From Euglena gracilis (Eukaryota), in assembly GCA_039621445.1 (NCBI GenBank), contig CP154954.1:34011737-34075736 (forward strand): a stretch of DNA of 64,000 nt, read 5' to 3'. The notes under the pieces were generated by a model, which saw only the letters and a program-made list of their open reading frames with translations, was not told where the DNA came from and did no database searches. Both the position numbers and the translations under genes were made by a program. Below, in pieces: positions 1 through 12,951 of the stretch. Each line of letters opens with the position of its first letter. The stretch's first letter is position 1.

Positions 1-573
1 TAGGTAAAGGATCGCCGACCTCTAGCCGGGGCAGAGCGCTCGTTTTTGGAGCGCCGGCGCAGCCGATTTCGGCCGAAAACGGGCAAAAAACGACGTTTTT
101 CGGGGTGTTCGTGGTTTACGTGCTATTTTGCGCCTCCCGGGCGGTAACGGCTGCGTTTTACGCACGCCCACCGCGGGCAAAATTGCGCCTATCCGCCCGC
201 CGCCCTTCGCAACAATTAGGTAAAGGATCGCAAGACCTGTAGCCGGGGCAGACCGCTCGTTTTTGGAGCGCCGGCGCAACCGATTTCGGCCGAAAACGGC
301 CGAAACATGACGTTTTTCGGGATGTTCGTGGTTTACGTGCTATTTTGCGCCTCCCGGGCGGTAACGGCTGCGTTTTACACACGCCCGCCGCGGGCAAAAG
401 TGCGCCTATCCGCCCGCCGCCCTTCGCAACAAGTAGGTAAAGGATCGCCGACCTCTAGCCGGGGCAGAGCGCTCGTTTTTGGAGCGCCGGCGCAGCCGAT
501 TTCGGCCGAAAACGGCCGAAAAATGACGTTTTTCGGGGTGTTCGTGGTTTACGTGCTATTTTGCGCCTCCCGG
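1..573. repeat. 216-bp tandem satellite, left part
   Basis: TAGGTAAAGGATCG recurs at 1, 217 and 433 (period 216); ends at the LTR start. Confidence 0.97.
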
Positions 574-1050
574 TGTGAGTCAGGGGTGCTGAGTGGCCAA
601 ACAACATAACCTAAACCAACCAAACCTGATGACTCCGCAGTTAGGTTTAGGAAAATCTTATTAGGAATTTCAATTGCTGACCCCATTGTCCCTGCACAGG
701 GCTCTGTCTTGTTTTTGTCTGTTTCAAGTTCAAGAATCGAATTATCTTGGTTATCAATTATCATTCTTACCTGGACAGTACGTGGTTCATTACATTGGTG
801 CTGGTTTTGGAATTGCTGAATTGCTTGTATTGTGCTGTTGGTCTTGTGTATTTTTTATCAAAGAAAAGGTGTGAGCCACCCAACTCACCTGTTTTCATTA
901 AAAAAACCCACCAAAAAAAAAGAAAATGCAATTTTTAAAACAGGCCGCGAGGGGAATTGAAAACACCCTGGGCAGGGTTAAAGACCCTACGCAACGGGGT
1001 GCCGGCCCCGAGGAACTGGAAACTCCAGGGCGGGCACCACGGTTACAACA
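574..1050 (+). repeat. 5' LTR of A1 (477 bp)
   Basis: TGTGAGTCAGGGG...GGTTACAACA; matches 12474-12951 with about a dozen differences by eye. Confidence 0.95.
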
Positions 1051-1062
1051 TGGTCGCAGAGG
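1051..1062 (+). promoter_or_regulatory. Primer-binding site, probably initiator tRNA-Met
   Basis: TGGTCGCAGAGG directly after the LTR; copy 2 has TGGTAGCAGAGG, the complement of the CCUCUGCUACCA 3' end of eukaryotic tRNAi-Met. Confidence 0.8.
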
Positions 1063-1150
1063 TAGACTGCCCAATTTTGATTCCCCTCCAACATGCGGCT
1101 ACGAACAACAAGCTGAAAAACGACAAGAAACTGCATAAACTGACGCTGAC

Positions 1151-1370
1151 ATGCCTGCTGCCTCAACTGCCATCGCTAGGATGGTGGAGCCGGCGGATGG
1201 CTGCCCAGCTCTGAACCCAACACTGGATGTGCCAACTGCCTTAACCGCCATCGTTAGGGTGGTGGAGCAGGCGGATGGCTTCCCAGCCCTGAACCAAACA
1301 CTGGAAATGCCAGCTGCCTTAACCGCCATCGCTAGGGTGGTGGAGCCGGCAGATGGCTTTGCCGCCATGT
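1151..1370 (+). repeat. 78-bp (26-aa) triple coding repeat at the Gag N-terminus
   Basis: Three MPAALTAIARVVEPADGFPALNQTLE-like units; also in copy 2 at ~49525-49745. Confidence 0.85.
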
Positions 1371-3275
1371 ACCAATCACTGGACATCAACAGGTGGACTG
1401 AACCGGAACAAAACGGCACAGACATTACAGTGCCACAGACATGCAATGACAGCCCACTTGTCATTGCCATGGTGCACATGGACCAGGACGACACCGAACA
1501 GACTGGTCCAGCACCAGATTACACAGAACTGGACGAAAACAACGAACCGTACTTCGACGAACAGGTTTTTGCACCACAAAACTGGTACCAACAGCCAGAA
1601 ACGGACACTCAGAACAACCAAAACTGGCAAACCGCAACAGCACAGCAACCAGGAACCCAGAGTTTTGCACTGGTGGCGGTACGACAGAGCCCGGAACAAC
1701 CAGACCGCCTCCAGGGTGAAACTAAAACTTCGTACCAGGAACCTTCGTACAGCTCGTACGAGATTCCACAGCCGGAACCACAGAACCAGAACACTGACTG
1801 GGACTGGTGGTCGAACTTTGCATGCGAAACTGGACAGCTGACCCAGGAATTTCAACAGTTCAGACGCAAAACTGAACGGACGAATCAGCAAACGGCAGAA
1901 ACTCTGCAGCAGCTGCAACAAACAACGACGGAGTGGGTCAGCGAACTGCACGCCACAATGAACAGACAGGGTGAAGCACTCATGACAGAAATAAACGGCA
2001 GACACGAAGAACTGACAACAGTGCTGGCAACAACCCAAGCAAACATGGAACTGGTGACAGTGAACCAGAACAGGCTGTACCAGGAACATTTCAACGGAAT
2101 GTCACAGCAGATCACAGAAATCAGGGAAATGTCTGGCTCACTGGGTGAAAAACTCAGGGAATTTCACAGTTTTCTGCAGATGGCAGGTGGAAACGCACAG
2201 AACCAGGGTGAACATCTGGTTGGTTTACTACACCGACAGCGAGAAAACGAAAAAACAACTGCAGAACTGCAACAAAGATTGGCTGTTGCAGAAGAACGGG
2301 TCGCAGGAATCACAGGCGGAGTCCAAACGGTGAACAGCAAAGTGGACAAAACTGTGGCAACAGTGTCCAGAAAAGTTGAGAACCTCAGAGGCGAAATCAG
2401 CAGTGTGGTGGAAAGAATTCAGAAGGGCATGGGCAGTGAAATCGGAAATCTGGCAGGACGGGTTCAGCAGCAGGAAACAAAAACGACAACAACCATTCAA
2501 AACTGTGATTACCTGCACAAAAAACTGGTCGAACTGCAGAAAATCCCAGATCAGCAGCAGCAGATTACACAGCTGAACGAGGAAATCGGCAGACTGAAAC
2601 GACAGGTGGAAACTCTGACCTCCAACGAAGAAAAACACAAACAACGCACTGAACGCCTGAACCTGGAGGTCGGCAACCTGGGTCACAGGGTGGACGAAAC
2701 AGCCCAAACGATTCAAAACCTGCTGGGTGAACTGCAAAAAGGGGCCATTAAAACAGGAACACATGACGCATCTGAACATGCCAAATTGCTGGAAATGACA
2801 TCTGCCATTGGCTCAATGACAACCAGGGTCGGTCAACTGGAAGCAAAACTGGCTGGTCTCACAGCAAAAACTGCAGAACGGGAAACACATGACAACGGCA
2901 TTTGGCAGCATTTACATTCTCTGACCACGGAACAAACACAGCAGAAACGGTGGACAGAACAGCTGGTGACCCTGGACAGAAAAACTCAGTACAGTGACAA
3001 AAACGATTGAAAACCTGACCGAAAAACTGGAAAGGCAAACACCCAGCAAATTACAACCCCCAGCCCTAGCCAGGCTGAAATACCCAGACTTTTCGACAAT
3101 TTAAGCATTTCTTCTCGCCCAGCCTGCACAGGGGCCTTCGGGCCAGAGACGGGGGCCAGCCCCCTTGCCAGTGGGCCTCCCTCGAGGACCCCGGCTGGAC
3201 AGCCAGGGGCAGCCACAACGGCCCAACGAACAGAACCCCCCCAGGGGGCGGACAGGGCCGCGGGCCAATGGGATC

Positions 3276-3503
3276 GGGGACCCCACAACCCCAGAACCAG
3301 CCCCCACCAGCCCCGAGGGGCCAGCCCACAAGACAACACGGGACGGGGACCCTAGAACCCCAGGCCTGGCCAACGGGGATGGGGACCCCACAACCCCTGG
3401 CCCAGCCACGGCCAGCCCTGAGGGGCCAGCCCGCAGGAAACCAAGGGACGGGGACCCCAGAACCCCAGGCCTGTCAAACGGGGACGGGGACCCCACAACC
3501 CCT
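3276..3503 (+). repeat. ~105-bp internal coding duplication in gag
   Basis: GGGGACCCCACAACCCC recurs near 3277, 3381 and 3487. Confidence 0.75.
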
Positions 3504-5603
3504 GACAGGTATGTTCAGCCAGAGCAGCCAGCGGGGGACGAAACACCACACCCAAAAATGGAAGGAGGAGCTGCAGCACTGGGGACCGTTAACTCGGCTT
3601 CCCTGGTGGGGCAGCTCATCCAGCAAGAACTAAAAACTGCCTTGACACCGTTAATTGCCCAACTGACTCGACAAACAGAACAACGGCCGACTGCAGTCCC
3701 GACCAGCCCAGCTCTTACGACAAACCCGACAAGCCCAGCACCACAGCAAACCCAGCCGACTCAGCAGACTCAACAGCCAGTGACGACACAACAAAACCCA
3801 CAGTCCCGGACACGGGGCTTGTTCATGTGGGCAGACGAAACAGAAACTCAGAACACAGCCACAACAACCTGAGTGGGACCCCAGGTGGGGTCTACCCAAA
3901 CTGCCATCCACCACATAGGAGAGGAAACAGTGGTGTCACCCGTGGCAACGGCGCCAACAGCATCCTTCGGGCTGCTGCTGGGTCCAGTGGGCGCGGCAAT
4001 GACAAAAGACCTGGTAAGACCAACACTGCAGGGGAATTTCGCAGATTTTGCCGTGAAATTTCCGATGTACCTGCAACGTGTGTCAGCCGGTCAGGGGTCC
4101 CTGACCGATGACCTGAAACTGTCACTGCTGGAGGGCAGCCTGGACAGTGCCAGCAAACTAGAACTACAACGCAGACAGGAACGCGGTGAGAAAATAAAAT
4201 ACCAGGAATTTTGGAACTGGATGTGCCGGAAATACGGTGGAGACACGCAATCAGCCATCAAAGACGAACTGAAAAACCTGAGACCAAAAACGGAAGGAAA
4301 ACTGACACTGGAAGCGTGGAGGGAGTTTGAGGCCCATTTCAAACTCCTCTACAGCAGGCTGGAAAATCCATCAGAGGAAGACGCTTACAACAAAAAAAAA
4401 AAAAAAATGCCTGAAACGCAACGCAGAAGCTGCATCAGGGAACAGGACCGCAGAAATCAGGACAGACCGACACTGAAACTGAAAGGGGTCACGAACATTA
4501 CAAACGTCCCAGATGCAACAACGGAAGACGTTCGTGACCTGGTGGCAGCAACAGTGGGCACAGGTGAAAATTTTCAGGTGGCACGAGACGGACAAAACTT
4601 CAGGATCCAACTGCACAGCAGCAGAGCTGCTGAACTGCTCCTGATGAAAAACGGTTCAACGCTGCTGACTGGACACAAGCCACAATTCACACAGGTACAG
4701 GCCAAACTGACTCTGGACGAACTGTTCCAACGGGTGGAAACCGAACTCAGGTGCCAACAACAGTCAGACTCCCTGGGTAGGGGGTACAACGGCTGGCAGA
4801 ACCAACCTCGTGAAAACAGATCACGGTCGATGGACCGCAGGGGTTACGTCAGGGAAGTCAAGGAGGAGGAGAAAACAAAATCCAGAAGTCGGACACCACC
4901 TTCCAGATCCCGACCCAACTCCCCTGGACCTCGAACCCCAACACCTGAAAAACCCAGACCCCCTTCTCCACGCCAGCAGGTGCCCATGGCAGTTTCAGAA
5001 CAGCCTGGCCAGGGACGGTACACCAACTGGTCAGACTGGGGACAGAACGACTGGGGCAAAGGCAAAGGAAAGGGGAAAGGTCAAAACTGGGGTTCAACCC
5101 AAAACTGGAACCAGAACTGGAATCAGAATTACGGCAAAGGCTACGATTCAGGAAAGGGATACAACTCTGGGAAAGGATACGATTCTGGGAAGGGGAGCGG
5201 GAAAGGAAAAGGCAAAGGGCAACCACAGTCACAGCCAGCGACGACAAAAACTGAACCACAGCCACAGCAAACCAACTCACAGGAGCCAGCCAACCAGCCG
5301 CAGGGACAGCCAAAGGCGGAATCTTCCAGCAATCGCTGGCAGCCAGTTCAAAACGCAGAACGGAAGTGAAGGGGCTGCGGCCTGAGGGTAGGGGACGAGA
5401 GGGGCGACTCTCTGCAGACACAACCGAAACAACAAAACAAAACAAGGGAACCAGGTCCAGAGCCGCAGCGGTCATACACACTGGGTAAGGGAGGTAAGAA
5501 AAAACCCCAAAAGAAAAACATCCTGACAAAAAAACGACTCCACAGCCCAGAACCGAAAAGGGAACAGGTCAGCTGCAGGTTCGGCAGAGCAGCTTCACGG
5601 TGG

Positions 5604-6015
5604 GTGTCTGAAAACTACCACGTGAAGGAAGAAAAAATGACAGAAATTCTCTCACACTTCGGGGTCCAGCCCCAGCTGGAGGCCTTTGCAACGGAAAAAA
5701 ACAAAAGATTCCCGCAACGGTGGGGATCGGGCAGCCCAGATGGAACTGACGCCTTTGAAAAAGACTGGCACGGAAAACTGCTGTGGATGAACCCCCCATT
5801 CAGCAAAATTTCACAAGTGGTGAGAAAAATTCAAACAGATGAGGCCCATGCACTCCTCATTGTACCCAGATGGGTTCACAGAAAATGGTACGGGGAAATC
5901 AAAAAGCTGGCAGTGATGTCAATGTTCATGCCAGCAGGAACAAAAGTGGTCGGACAGGGTGACAAGAACTGCAGGAATACACCTTGGCCTGTGGAAGTGT
6001 TTTTGGTATGCGGAC
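5604..6015 (+). other. Amino (N6-adenine/N4-cytosine) Dam-like methyltransferase domain, A1
   Basis: LEAFAT..NKRF...DAFEKDW.G.LLWMNPPFS.I..VV.K......LLIVPRW...W. Confidence 0.8.
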
Positions 6016-6250
6016 ACAAAACACGGTGCAAGTACCTACCAGGTTTCCACAAACATTTCATCCCCCTACACCCGACATCCAAGGTGAGGTTCGGCACAGT
6101 CCACGAGTACCCGCCAGTGGAGGACGAGGTGGAAGGTGGTGAACAAAAACCCGATTTGGGGACAGAAAAACCACAGAAACACATCAGAAAACTGCAGGAG
6201 GCAGCCACAGCGACACCAGAACGGGCCACAGCAAAAAAACAAAACCAAAA

Positions 6251-6840
6251 ATGCTGGACCTGTTCTGTGGAACATAATCGGTCAGCAAGGTGTATGAAAA
6301 AATAGGTTTCCAGGTGGTGACGGTGGATTCAGACTCCAGGTGGGAAGCGGATTACCAGGTGGACGTACTGGACTGGGACTTCAGAAAACATTTCAAACCT
6401 GGTGAATTCCACACGGTGGTGTGTGGAGTTCCCTGCGCAGAATTCAGCATTGGCATGACGACAATACCTAGAAACCTGAAAAAGGAGACAGCCTTGCAAA
6501 GAAAGCCCTGGAAATTGTGGAATTTCTGCAGCCGCAGAAATGGTGGTTGGAAAACCCAAGGTACGGATACCTGGGAAAACGAGATTACATGAAACCGTAC
6601 CCGTACATTGACGTGGATTACTGCCAATACACAGACTGGGGCTACAGAAAACCAACACGAATCTGGGGCAGCCCTGACATCCTGCAGGTACCAGCAAAAC
6701 GGTGTGACGGGAAAACGTGCAAGAACCTGGACCCAAACGGTGGTGGTCACCTGGTGAAACTCAGCAACAAACACAACATTCCAGCCTTCAAAACATTCAG
6801 GACCCCAGAACAACTGATTCAGGACCTGGCGGGGTTCCAC
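6251..6840 (+). pseudogene. C5-cytosine DNA methyltransferase domain, A1, broken
   Basis: MLDLFCGT followed by TAA (AAA in copy 2), GVPCAEFS, WWLENPR, VDYCQY, KPTRIWG. Confidence 0.85.
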
Positions 6841-9800
6841 GAACGGCTACGGCAAACCAGCCAAGCCCAGGCCGCGCAGCAACAACCGCTGCAGCAGCCC
6901 AGCCCTGCCCAGACTGCACGACAAAACATGCTCTCACAGCCCAGCCCAGAACTGACAGGTCAACAGCCAAACCCAGATTCAACTGACAAAACAGAACCAG
7001 ACCAAAACATTCGGCTTCCAAAACGACTGTGTGAACCGGTGTCCAAACTCCTGCTGGGGCAGGTCATCAGCAGAAAGAATGCAAAACAACTCCTCATTGA
7101 AGTCCGTGCTGTGTTGCCGGACGGCAAAAAAATGTTCTTACAGGCCATAATTGACACGGGAGCACAGGCAAACCTGGTGAAAAAGAACCTGATTCCCCAA
7201 CAAAATTTCAGACGTTCACAAAAACCCTTGGCCCTGATCACAGCGGACGGAACAAGGATGGAAGGAGGACTACACGAAGTCACACTGGAACTGCAGTTTT
7301 CATCACGGGTGCACAACACGGACAGAACAATGGAATGGTCCACCATTGGAACCTTCCATGACGCCGACATCCAAGTGGATGCCATCCTCGGGTATCCGTG
7401 GATGGAACAACACCAACTGGGAGTTTTCCAACACCTACAATCACTAGCCCTCATATGTGAACCACTGCGGCTGCTGTCCAGTTGGCACCAGCTGAAGGAA
7501 CAAAAACACAGGGAACGGAAAATACACCAACTTCAGAAAAACATTTCGGCAGTGCGGGCAATGAACTTGCAGATTCCTGCTGAAGAGGGCCAGGACGAGG
7601 AAAAACTGTTTGAAGACGAAACAACACTGGATACTCTGGCAAGACAACTTCAGAAATCGGCAAAGAAATCTGACAGGGTTCACGGTGTTGTGGTGGTGCC
7701 AGAAGGACAGGAAACACAAGGCGAAAAGGTGGCAGAACTGGTGAAAAAACTGCGGCAGGACTATGAAGGAGTGGTCTTGCGAGACAAAATCTTCCCAGAC
7801 CCCCCAGAACGCGGACCACTGGGTTATGGGAAAATCGAACTGAAACCTGGAACAGTGGCAAAAAAGCAAAGACCCATCCACATGACGGGAGAACGCCGAC
7901 AGGCACTCATCAACATGGTGGACGAATGGGTTAGGGACCTGAAAGTGGAAGACAGGAGGAGTGACTGGTCCAGCCCCACGTTCGTGGTTGCCAAAAAGGG
8001 TGGAAAATGGAGAGGGGTGGTGGATTTCAGAGCACTGAACGAGGCAACAATCACAGACGCCCATCCCCTCCCTAGGATAGAAGACATCCTAGTTCAACAA
8101 GGACAACGGGCCCTGTACAGTGTACTGGACCTGAAAGACGCCTTCCACCAGGTGCCACTGAGAACAGAGTCCAGACCCTACACCTGCTGCAGCACACCTA
8201 AGGGAACAAAACAGTGGAGAGTGGTGGTCATGGGAATGAAAAACGGTGTACCGATTTTCCAGAGGGTGATCGAGTACAGCCTGGAGGAGGTACAGGACAT
8301 TGCAAACCCCTACGTGGACGACATTATCGTAGGAACCGTTTGGCAGGGATCTGAAGACAAAACCCTCGAACAACACGACAAGGACATCAGAAGGGTGATG
8401 GAGGCACTGAAAAAACAGCAGCACGTGGAAGACATCAAGAAAATCAAATTTTTCGTGAAAGAAGTAGAATTCTGTGGACACGTGCTTGGTGGTGGACAAC
8501 GAAAACCTGCACCTGGGAAACTGATGGCCTTGGAAAAATTGGAGGAACCCAAAACGGTCACAGCCCTGCGGGCATTCCTGGGATTCACAAACTACTACGC
8601 CTCATACGTCCCAGGGTATGCGGAATTGGCTGCAGACCTAATGGAAAAACTGAAAGTAAAAAAGGGACAAGGAAAGAAAGGAAGCCTGACACCTGTGTTT
8701 TTCGGTGAAAAGGAACGAACAGCTTTCCAGACCATCAAAGAAAAACTGCTCGGAAACCTGAAACTGCAAACGGTGAACCCAGACAAACCATTCATACTCA
8801 GGGTGGATGCAAGTGGCAGAGCCGTAGGTGCGGCTCTGGAACAATTCGCGGAGGACACAGCAGAAAAACCAGACCCAACGACAGCCATGACCAAAAAAAA
8901 CAGTACCCGTAGCTTTCTGTTCACGAAAACTGGCACCTGGGCAGGTTCGCTCGGGGTCTCCTAGGGAGAAGGAGACCTACGCAGTGATCCTGGCCCTGCA
9001 AAAATGGGCTTCCTGGATAGGAATGCAACCGGTACTGGTGTTGACGGACCACAAGTCCATTGAGGCATGGGCAACGGAGGCGCTGGACACCCCCAGTGGA
9101 CCAGCTGGACGTAGGGCTAGGTGGCACGAACTGCTTTCGCGGTTCGACATAACCGTTGCATACGTACCTGGCAAAGACAACACGGTCGCCGATGCCTTGA
9201 ATAGGTGGGCCTACCCCGCCTCACAGGCATTCGCAGACGTGAGTATCCACGGGAGTGAGGAGGACGACCGACTCATGAAAGAAATCATCAAACAGGAGGA
9301 AAAGGAACAGAAAACTTGTATGGTGATCAACGTGGCAGACCTGACACAGGCACAAAAACAGCTTCAGGAACCCGTCACTGTGGCCGTCACAACAAGGGGG
9401 GGAGCCAAAACGGGTGAAGATTCGCCCACAGTGCCTGGTTCAACGGAAAACGGTGACACCCCTCAAAAAATTTCAAAAACACCTCAAAAACCTGCAAAAA
9501 CGACAAAGAAATGGGTTGTGAAGGAAACGACTGTGGTGGGACCAAGCAAAAAACTGGCTGCGGCAACCCCAAGGGAGACCACGGATGAGGCAGGAAACCT
9601 GATCCGACCAGACCAACCAAAAAACAAAACCCCAGAAAATTCAAACACGGCCGAGGGACCATCCACTGAGGAAGACCCACCAAGGCGAAGACCCCTGGAA
9701 GAGGACCCTGTGGAACCCCTAACAACAACAGACTCGACAAAACATCAGGACGCGCAAGGTGCGTCAACCTCAACGGGGACACCCGTTGGACCTCCATCAA

Positions 9801-11119
9801 GGGGAGTGCACGCCCCGGAGCTTCAACAGGGGGAACCGAAAGGGGTGATGGACAGGGAATGGAAGAACGAGCACGAAAGTTGCCCAAGGTGGGGACCTGT
9901 GCTCAAGGACCTGAAGGAAACGGGGTTCAAAAACTGGCCTGACGGGTACCGATTCGACAACGGCAGGCTCTACAAAAACGGTCTCCTGTGTGTACCAAGT
10001 GGGTTGACTAGAAACGTAATTCGGGAACATCACGAAACAGCCGGGCACCCAGGGTCAACCCGACTGTGGGACCAGATGGGAAGGTGGTTTGCGTTTGCGG
10101 ACCATCAGGATGCAAAAAAACTGACAGACAAAAAGATGACCATGTGTGAAACCTGCCAAGCCACAGAACCCAGCCACCTACCATACAAGTGCCCCATTGA
10201 ACCGACACCGATTCCTGCACACCTGATGGACAGTGTTGCCATCGACTTGTTCTCACTTCCTGAAAAGACCTTTGAAGGGAAAAAATATGACACGTTGGCG
10301 TTGTGTGTGGACAGGCTGAGTGGGTGGATGGTTGCAACCCCCCACCTGGCCAAGGGACTCACAGCAGAAAAGGTTGGAAAGGAAATGTACAAACAGTGGG
10401 GGATTTTTGGGATACCCTCGGTGGTGAGCTCCGACCGGGGCTCCCACTTCACAGCCGGTTGGTGGAAAACACTGTGTGCTGCCCACGGGGTCTGTGTGGC
10501 GTACGGGCAGGCATACCACCACCAAGCCAACGGACGGGCTGAGGTAGCGGGTCAACAAGTCATCCGAAAACTGGCAAAACTGGCTGCTGAAAAAGGGGTA
10601 CCCTGGGTTGAACTCCTACCGAACGCCTTGAGGGCCCTACACGACGTCCCAGGTGAAACGGGATTGTCACCGTACGAAATTGTGTTTGGCAGACACAGAC
10701 CGTTGGCGGGATTGCCATACCAACCACAAAAGGAAGCGGAAGGGGCCACAACGTTCTTGGAAAGGATGAAAGAACAAGACCAGTGGGTGAGCCTGGTCCT
10801 GAACGAAAAACAGCGTGAACGGGCTGAAACGGTGAACAAAAACCGCAGAGAACCACCTGCCTTGGAAAGCGGTTCCAAAGTCTGGTATCAACCCGAAAGA
10901 CAACCTGGTGCCGACAAACTCGAACCGAAGTGGAAAGGACCTGCGGTGGTGTTGGAACGGGTAGGACAGCACTCCTACGTGGTTGAACTTCGACCTGGAA
11001 ACCGACAACCTGCCCACCGTTCACAACTCAAACCCCACGTGGAGGACCACTACAACAAAACCCCTGTCCCCCTCTACTTTTAGTCGGGCAAGGCACAGGA
11101 GTTGGAGGTCGGACCTGAC

Positions 11120-11326
11120 GAATGGGAGGTTGATAAAGTACTGAACCACCGCAGAAAAGACGGAAAACTTCAATTTTTGATTCAGTGGAAAAACTGGGAC
11201 CCATCCGACACTCAGTGGGAACCCCTGAACCACTTCTTCCTCCGAACGAACAAAGAGGTGGTCCAATATTGCAAGGAACGGGACTTGGCTGTGGATGTGA
11301 GGGAGTTGCTTGATGGGATGGAGTGA
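11120..11326 (+). other. Chromodomain at the integrase C-terminus, A1
   Basis: EWEVDKVLNHRRKDGKLQFLIQWKNWDPSDTQWEPLNHF fits the chromodomain consensus; separated from IN by TAG where copy 2 has TGG. Confidence 0.9.
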
Positions 11327-12463
11327 CACGTGTCACATACCCCTGCGCTCTCTCGCACACACCGCCACGTCGCCACCCCCAACGACCTGGAAGCCAACCC
11401 CAGCTCTACCACCAACATTAACCTCTATCGACTTGAACCTGTACACCACTGACAAAACCTGCCTGACTCAAAACGACAAAACGGGCCTGGGCAGCCCCCC
11501 TGGCCAGCCCACCTGAACCTGGACCGCTGGCCAACCCAACTCGAACCAGCCCAACAGACCTGTGCAAGACCCGACACGACCCGATTTGACTGACCTCAAG
11601 TGCCTCTCTACAGCCAATCAATCCATTCTTCATCTGTTGTAGTGGGTTGGGACCCCCCCCATGGAGAACGAACCTTCCCCCCCGGACCTGGCCAGCCTAC
11701 CTGTAAAAAAAAACACAGCCCCCAACCCCAACCGTAGCAGCCAGCCAAAACTGGGCAAACAGTTGAAGGGGAAACTGACTTTGACCCAAAAACGCAGACC
11801 TGGCCGACCCCGGGCCACCGGCCTGGGGGGGGGGGGGGGGCGAGGACCCGCCACAGCACCTGACCTCGCACAAACCAGCCTACCCCCCAGAAAAAAAAAT
11901 ACAAAAATACAAAAAAAACATTGTCCTTGACCCAGCCTGATTTTTAACCGAAACCCAGCCTTCACCTGATTTTATTAAAATTCGTCCCCGGCCGGAGCCT
12001 GACCGCTTGGGCTGGGGGGGGCGGGCTGGAAGACCCCAGCTGGACCCACCCCCCACCGAACAGACACCAAGCCTAGGCACCGAATTGGCTAACCGAACAG
12101 AAAACGGCTGTCTAGGACCCTGACCGTGACAAAACAACTCACCTGGCCTGGGAATAAAAATTTCCTGAAAATTTTAACCGTGGCCGGCGCTTGGTTCACA
12201 AACGGCGCCTGCCCCCCCCCAACGCCAAACAGCCCTAGGCGGGCTGGGGGGGGGAGGGCAACACACCAGCCCTGCACAGACCCAACTACCCAAAGGAGAA
12301 CATTTGACTCAGCCCCCCGGCCATAAAACGAACCTGAACGGCACAGCCCCCTGAGGGGGGGGGGGACCCTGAACCACAACGGTCCCCTCGCTGGCCCCTC
12401 CTCACAACGAGTGCACTCCGCACCCCTTCCTGTTGGAGTCGTGAAGAGTTGTAAACAACTTGT

Positions 12464-12473
12464 GGAAGGGGAG
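12464..12473 (+). promoter_or_regulatory. Polypurine tract, A1
   Basis: GGAAGGGGAG immediately before the 3' LTR. Confidence 0.88.
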
Positions 12474-12951
12474 TGTGAGTCAGGGGTGCTGAGTGCCCAA
12501 AACAACATAACCTAACCCAACCCAACCTGATAACTCTGCAGTTAGGATTAGGAAAATCTTATTAGGAATTTCAATTGCTGACCCCATTGTCCCTGCACAG
12601 GGCTCTGTCTTGTTTTTGTCTGTTTCAAGTTCAAGAATAGAATTATCTTGGTTATCAATTATCATTCTTACTTGGACAGTACGTGGTTCATTACATTGGT
12701 GCTGGTTTTGGAATTGCTGAATTGCTTGTATTGTGCTGTTGGTCTTGTGAATTTTTTATCAAAGAAAAGGTGTGAGCCACCCAACTCACCTGTTTTCATT
12801 AAAAAAACCCACCAAAAACAAAGAAAATGCAATTTTTAAAACAGGCCGCGAGGGGAATTGAAAACACCCTGGGCAGGGTTGAAGATCCTACGCAACGGGG
12901 TGCCGGCCCCGAGGAACTGGAAACTCCAGGGCGGGCACCACGGTTACAACA
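12474..12951 (+). repeat. 3' LTR of A1 (478 bp)
   Basis: Direct repeat of 574-1050. Confidence 0.95.

Larger units (their letters stand above)
1151..5369 (+). pseudogene. gag: Long gag-like ORF1 (~1400 aa if intact), disrupted
   Basis: ORF pieces 1151-3010, 3165-3872 and 3873-5369 are colinear with copy 2; coiled-coil region, capsid-like region (LTLEAWREFEAHFKLLY), SR-rich and GKG-rich tail. Confidence 0.8.
5604..11326 (+). pseudogene. pol: pol polyprotein: amino-MTase, C5-MTase, protease, RT, RNase H, integrase, chromodomain; disrupted
   Basis: NPPF; LDLFCG, GVPCAEFS, WLENP; IIDTGA; LDLKDAF and YVDD; RVDASG; HHETAGH...CETC, IDLF, SDRG, NGRAE, WKGP; WEVDKVLNHR. Frameshifts near 6240, 6480 and 8900; stops near 6275 and 11081. 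Confidence 0.93.
574..12951 (+). mobile_element. Full-length Ty3/Gypsy chromodomain LTR retrotransposon, family A copy 1, carrying two DNA methyltransferase domains; coding-defective
   Basis: Direct LTRs with TG...CA ends, 4-bp TSD CCGG (570-573 and 12952-12955), PBS, PPT, gag, and PR-RT-RH-IN-chromodomain order. Confidence 0.96.

Noticed and set aside
674-1138. Short hydrophobic ORFs in the LTRs (also near 12648 and 61557)
   Set aside because: T-rich LTR sequence; recurrence reflects LTR duplication
4392-4407. A16 run as a poly(A) insertion
   Set aside because: Length-neutral replacement of CTGGTGGCTG relative to copy 2; likely slippage or a consensus artefact
5604-6840. Bacterial restriction-modification system or contamination
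   Set aside because: The MTases are in frame with the retroviral-type protease, lie between LTRs in two copies, and no nuclease is present
11081-11083. Programmed readthrough before the chromodomain
   Set aside because: Copy 2 has TGG here, so a nonsense mutation is simpler
1099-11418. Antisense ORFs across element A
   Set aside because: Shadow frames of A/C-rich coding sequence with no recognisable motifs
574-12951. DIRS element, suggested by the Dam-like domain
   Set aside because: It has a DDE integrase, protease, direct LTRs and a TSD, and no tyrosine recombinase was seen
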